Positions 1 through 600 of a DNA stretch of 600 bases are shown piece after piece (the first letter of the stretch is position 1; each line of letters opens with the position of its first letter). The notes below the pieces were generated by a model. That model saw only the letters and a list, made by a program, of their open reading frames with translations, did not search any database and had not been told where the DNA came from. Source of the DNA: a phage; sequence record M75725.1. The stretch is one strand, 5' to 3'. The translations under genes and the position numbers were made by a program.

Positions 1-85
1 GTACCGGTATAGTATTACAGAATTATGGAATTGAAGCCCACATGGCCATATCATAATGTCTTAATACCTTAACTTCGGGTGATGC

Positions 86-97
86 TCTTCTAGAAGA
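86..97. repeat. Perfect 12-bp palindrome TCTTCTAGAAGA (candidate dimeric protein-binding site or RNA stem element)
   Basis: Positions 86-97 read identically on both strands. Halves are TCTTCT and AGAAGA. Confidence 0.5.
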
Positions 98-114
98 ACT
101 AGCTTCATACCATC

Positions 115-339
115 TTGACCCTACGAGAAGATCTTCTTGATCGAAGTATGGTAGAACTGGCTCCGCCTTGGCTCCCTGGGCAAAATAATTCAAAAAGTTG
201 GAGGCGGAACCGAGGGACCCGTTTTATTAAGTTTTTCAACTTTACTTTCCTTTCTAACGATGATATGATAGCTTCTGAAGAAATGAAAGGAAAGATTGCT
301 ACTATACTATCGAAGACTTCTATACGGAGGCTATCATGA
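115..339 (+). CDS. Hypothetical ORF from the six-frame track (74 codons, TTG start; internal ATG at 148); coding status doubtful, may be non-coding
   Basis: Open frame TTG115 to TGA337-339. No well-spaced Shine-Dalgarno-like purine run upstream of TTG115 (tagcttcataccatc) or of ATG148 (GAAG sits only 1 nt from the ATG). 7 of 8 Arg codons are CGA/CGG/AGG, and the frame runs through the two GC-rich blocks at 159-181 and 200-221, unlike the AGA/CGT usage in the two neighbouring ORFs. Translation matches no protein family I recognise. Confidence 0.2.
   Translation: MTLREDLLDRSMVELAPPWLPGQNNSKSWRRNRGTRFIKFFNFTFLSNDDMIASEEMKGKIATILSKTSIRRLS
126..137. repeat. Perfect 12-bp palindrome AGAAGATCTTCT, same hexamers as 86-97 in swapped order
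   Basis: Positions 126-137 read identically on both strands. Centre is 40 bp from the centre of the 86-97 palindrome. Lies just upstream of ATG148. Confidence 0.5.
159..221 (+). other. GC-rich bipartite island (C-rich arm 159-181, G-rich arm 200-221) around an A-rich 18-nt segment, followed by a T-rich run; possible structured RNA or terminator-like element
   Basis: The arms are about 78% and 77% GC against a 36% background. 162-169 (TCCGCCTT) can pair with 201-208 (GAGGCGGA) as 7 Watson-Crick pairs plus 1 G-U. TGGCTCC is directly repeated (158-164, 169-175). T-rich stretch follows at 222-236 (TTTTATTAAGTTTTT). The 31-nt loop is too long for a textbook intrinsic terminator. Confidence 0.25.
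326..330 (+). promoter_or_regulatory. Shine-Dalgarno-like GGAGG, 5 nt upstream of ATG336
   Basis: GGAGG at 326-330, spacer CTATC (331-335), ATG at 336-338. A full 5-nt core match at near-optimal spacing is uncommon by chance in 36% GC sequence. Confidence 0.35.
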
Positions 340-422
340 TTATTAATCTTGCAGATGTTGATATGCCTCCGATAGTACTAATAATTAGAACGTCTACAAC
401 AACAGTTATCTATAAAAGCTGA
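336..422 (+). CDS. Small ORF, 28 codons (MIINLADVDMPPIVLIIRTSTTTVIYKS), possible small protein or leader peptide
   Basis: ATG336 is preceded by GGAGG at ideal spacing. The start overlaps the stop of the 115-339 ORF as ATGA (ATG 336-338, TGA 337-339), the classic translational-coupling arrangement. Stop TGA at 420-422. Codon usage is AT-rich-typical (AGA for Arg). Too short to be in the ORF track; no homology can be asserted. Confidence 0.3.
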   Translation: MIINLADVDMPPIVLIIRTSTTTVIYKS

Positions 423-446
423 AAGCGTTGATTTTCAATATTGTCA

Positions 447-454
447 ATAGATAT
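447..454 (+). repeat. ATAGATAT motif, copy 1 (direct)
   Basis: ATAGATAT at 447-454, followed by TTT. Confidence 0.5.
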
Positions 455-482
455 TTTCGACTTTCGCAACTAAAAGTTATTG

Positions 483-490
483 ATATCTAT
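483..490 (-). repeat. ATAGATAT motif, copy 2 (inverted; ATATCTAT on plus strand)
   Basis: ATATCTAT at 483-490 is the reverse complement of ATAGATAT; flanked by AAAAA at 491-495. Confidence 0.5.
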
Positions 491-548
491 AAAAAGGTCT
501 CTGAAAAATTTACTGACTTTACTATAGATATTTTTCCAGAGACTTTTT
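491..548. repeat. Long imperfect inverted repeat / potential stem-loop (19-nt arms, 20-nt spacer), A5-stem-loop-stem-T5 architecture
   Basis: Arm 491-509 (AAAAAGGTCTCTGAAAAAT) versus arm 530-548 (ATTTTTCCAGAGACTTTTT): 18 Watson-Crick pairs with one single-nucleotide bulge in each arm (G497 and C536). Spacer 510-529. Ends 2 nt before ATG551. Confidence 0.55.
524..531 (+). repeat. ATAGATAT motif, copy 3 (direct)
   Basis: ATAGATAT at 524-531, followed by TTTT at 532-535, the same flank as copy 1. Confidence 0.5.
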
Positions 549-550
549 AA

Positions 551-600
551 ATGACTGAAAGAAGCAGTCTGTTCTTTGGCCTTCGTCAGACAAGAAACCG
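551..600 (+). CDS. Probable 5' end of a protein-coding gene continuing beyond the window (MTERSSLFFGLRQTRN...), product unknown
   Basis: ATG551 immediately follows an in-frame TAA (548-550) and the frame stays open to position 600. GC rises from about 26% (423-550) to about 46% (551-600). Arg codons are AGA, CGT, AGA. No clear Shine-Dalgarno motif upstream (only AGAG at 538-541), and minus-strand frames are also open across 551-600, so strand and start are not secure. Confidence 0.3.
   Translation, partial: MTERSSLFFGLRQTRN

Larger units (their letters stand above)
423..550. promoter_or_regulatory. AT-rich, repeat-dense intergenic-like region upstream of ATG551 (candidate promoter/operator region; function unproven)
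   Basis: About 26% GC. Contains ATAGATAT three times, TCAATA-ttg-TCAATA (435-449), TTTACT-gac-TTTACT (509-523), palindrome CAATATTG (436-443) and a long inverted repeat (491-548). Only imperfect sigma70-like hexamer pairs are present: TTGATT 428-433 / TATTTT 452-457 (18-nt spacer); TTCGCA 463-468 / TATAAA 488-493 (19-nt spacer); TTGATA 480-485 / AAAAAT 504-509 (18-nt spacer). Confidence 0.35.

Noticed and set aside
88-95. TTCtaGAA resembles a eukaryotic heat-shock element core.
   Set aside because: Only two inverted GAA units are present with no third unit in register, and the longer perfect palindrome suggests a different kind of site. The domain of the source organism is unknown.
200-216. 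Four short G-runs (GG, GG, GG, GGG) could form a two-tetrad G-quadruplex.
   Set aside because: Runs are only 2-3 G long with one 6-nt loop, so predicted stability is low; pairing with the complementary C-rich arm is the more likely structure.
406-414. TTATCTATA resembles a DnaA box (TTATCCACA).
   Set aside because: 7 of 9 match with mismatches at conserved C positions; it is a single copy with no cluster of boxes and no adjacent DnaA-trio-like pattern.
535-543. TCCAGAGAC resembles the PyrR binding-loop core (UCCAGAGAGG).
   Set aside because: The conserved GAGG is replaced by GAGAC and the flanking A/R and Y/U positions do not match; the visible downstream peptide gives no link to pyrimidine genes.
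428-550. Plus-strand frame open from 416 to 547 (possible TTG428 start, about 40 codons), in the same frame as ATG551 and separated from it only by TAA 548-550; this could suggest a stop-interrupted gene or readthrough.
   Set aside because: No ribosome-binding site at TTG428. The region is 26% GC and dominated by DNA-level repeats that are not in a consistent codon phase. Open frames of this length arise on both strands here, so chance is the simplest explanation.
530-550. ATTTTTCC at 530-537 matches the first 8 nt of the streptococcal/lactococcal dif (difSL) site as I recall it; CATAATGT at 52-59 also resembles part of the E. coli dif core.
   Set aside because: The remainder of each 28-31-bp recombination site does not match, and no Xer-arm symmetry is present.
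472-600. Minus-strand frame open from the right edge of the window down to a TAG at 470-472 (43 codons), and a second minus frame open down to 522-524; possible 3' end of a gene entering from downstream.
   Set aside because: No start codon inside the window in the longer frame. It would have to cross the repeat/inverted-repeat segment. The GC boundary at about 550 fits a plus-strand start at 551 better. It cannot be excluded without downstream sequence.
1-600. Screen for tRNA, rRNA, CRISPR repeats and insertion-sequence termini.
   Set aside because: No cloverleaf-compatible stems with a T-loop motif, no regularly spaced 28-37-bp repeats, and no long terminal inverted repeats with target-site duplications. 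The short palindromes ACCGGT, TCTAGA, AGATCT and GATATC are treated as trivial restriction-site-like sequence.

Overview
600-nt AT-rich window (about 36% GC by my count; roughly 26% in 423-550, about 78% in two short GC blocks at 159-181 and 200-221). No long, convincing protein-coding gene lies wholly inside it. The only track ORF (115-339, TTG start, 74 codons) has weak coding support. A 28-codon ORF (336-422) has a canonical GGAGG ribosome-binding site and overlaps the stop of the track ORF by ATGA. An ATG at 551 opens a frame that runs off the 3' end where GC rises, so a gene probably begins there. Positions 423-550 form a repeat-dense, AT-rich, probably regulatory segment: three copies of ATAGATAT, two hexamer direct repeats, and a long imperfect inverted repeat ending 2 nt before that ATG. 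Upstream, two perfect 12-bp palindromes built from the same hexamers in swapped order sit 40 bp apart. Origin cannot be determined from sequence alone: the GGAGG-ATG spacing suggests a low-GC bacterium, but eukaryote-style TATA motifs are also present. I see no rRNA, tRNA, CRISPR array or mobile-element terminus, and nothing here demonstrates a multi-gene system; the findings are candidate regulatory or structural signals that need computation or experiment.
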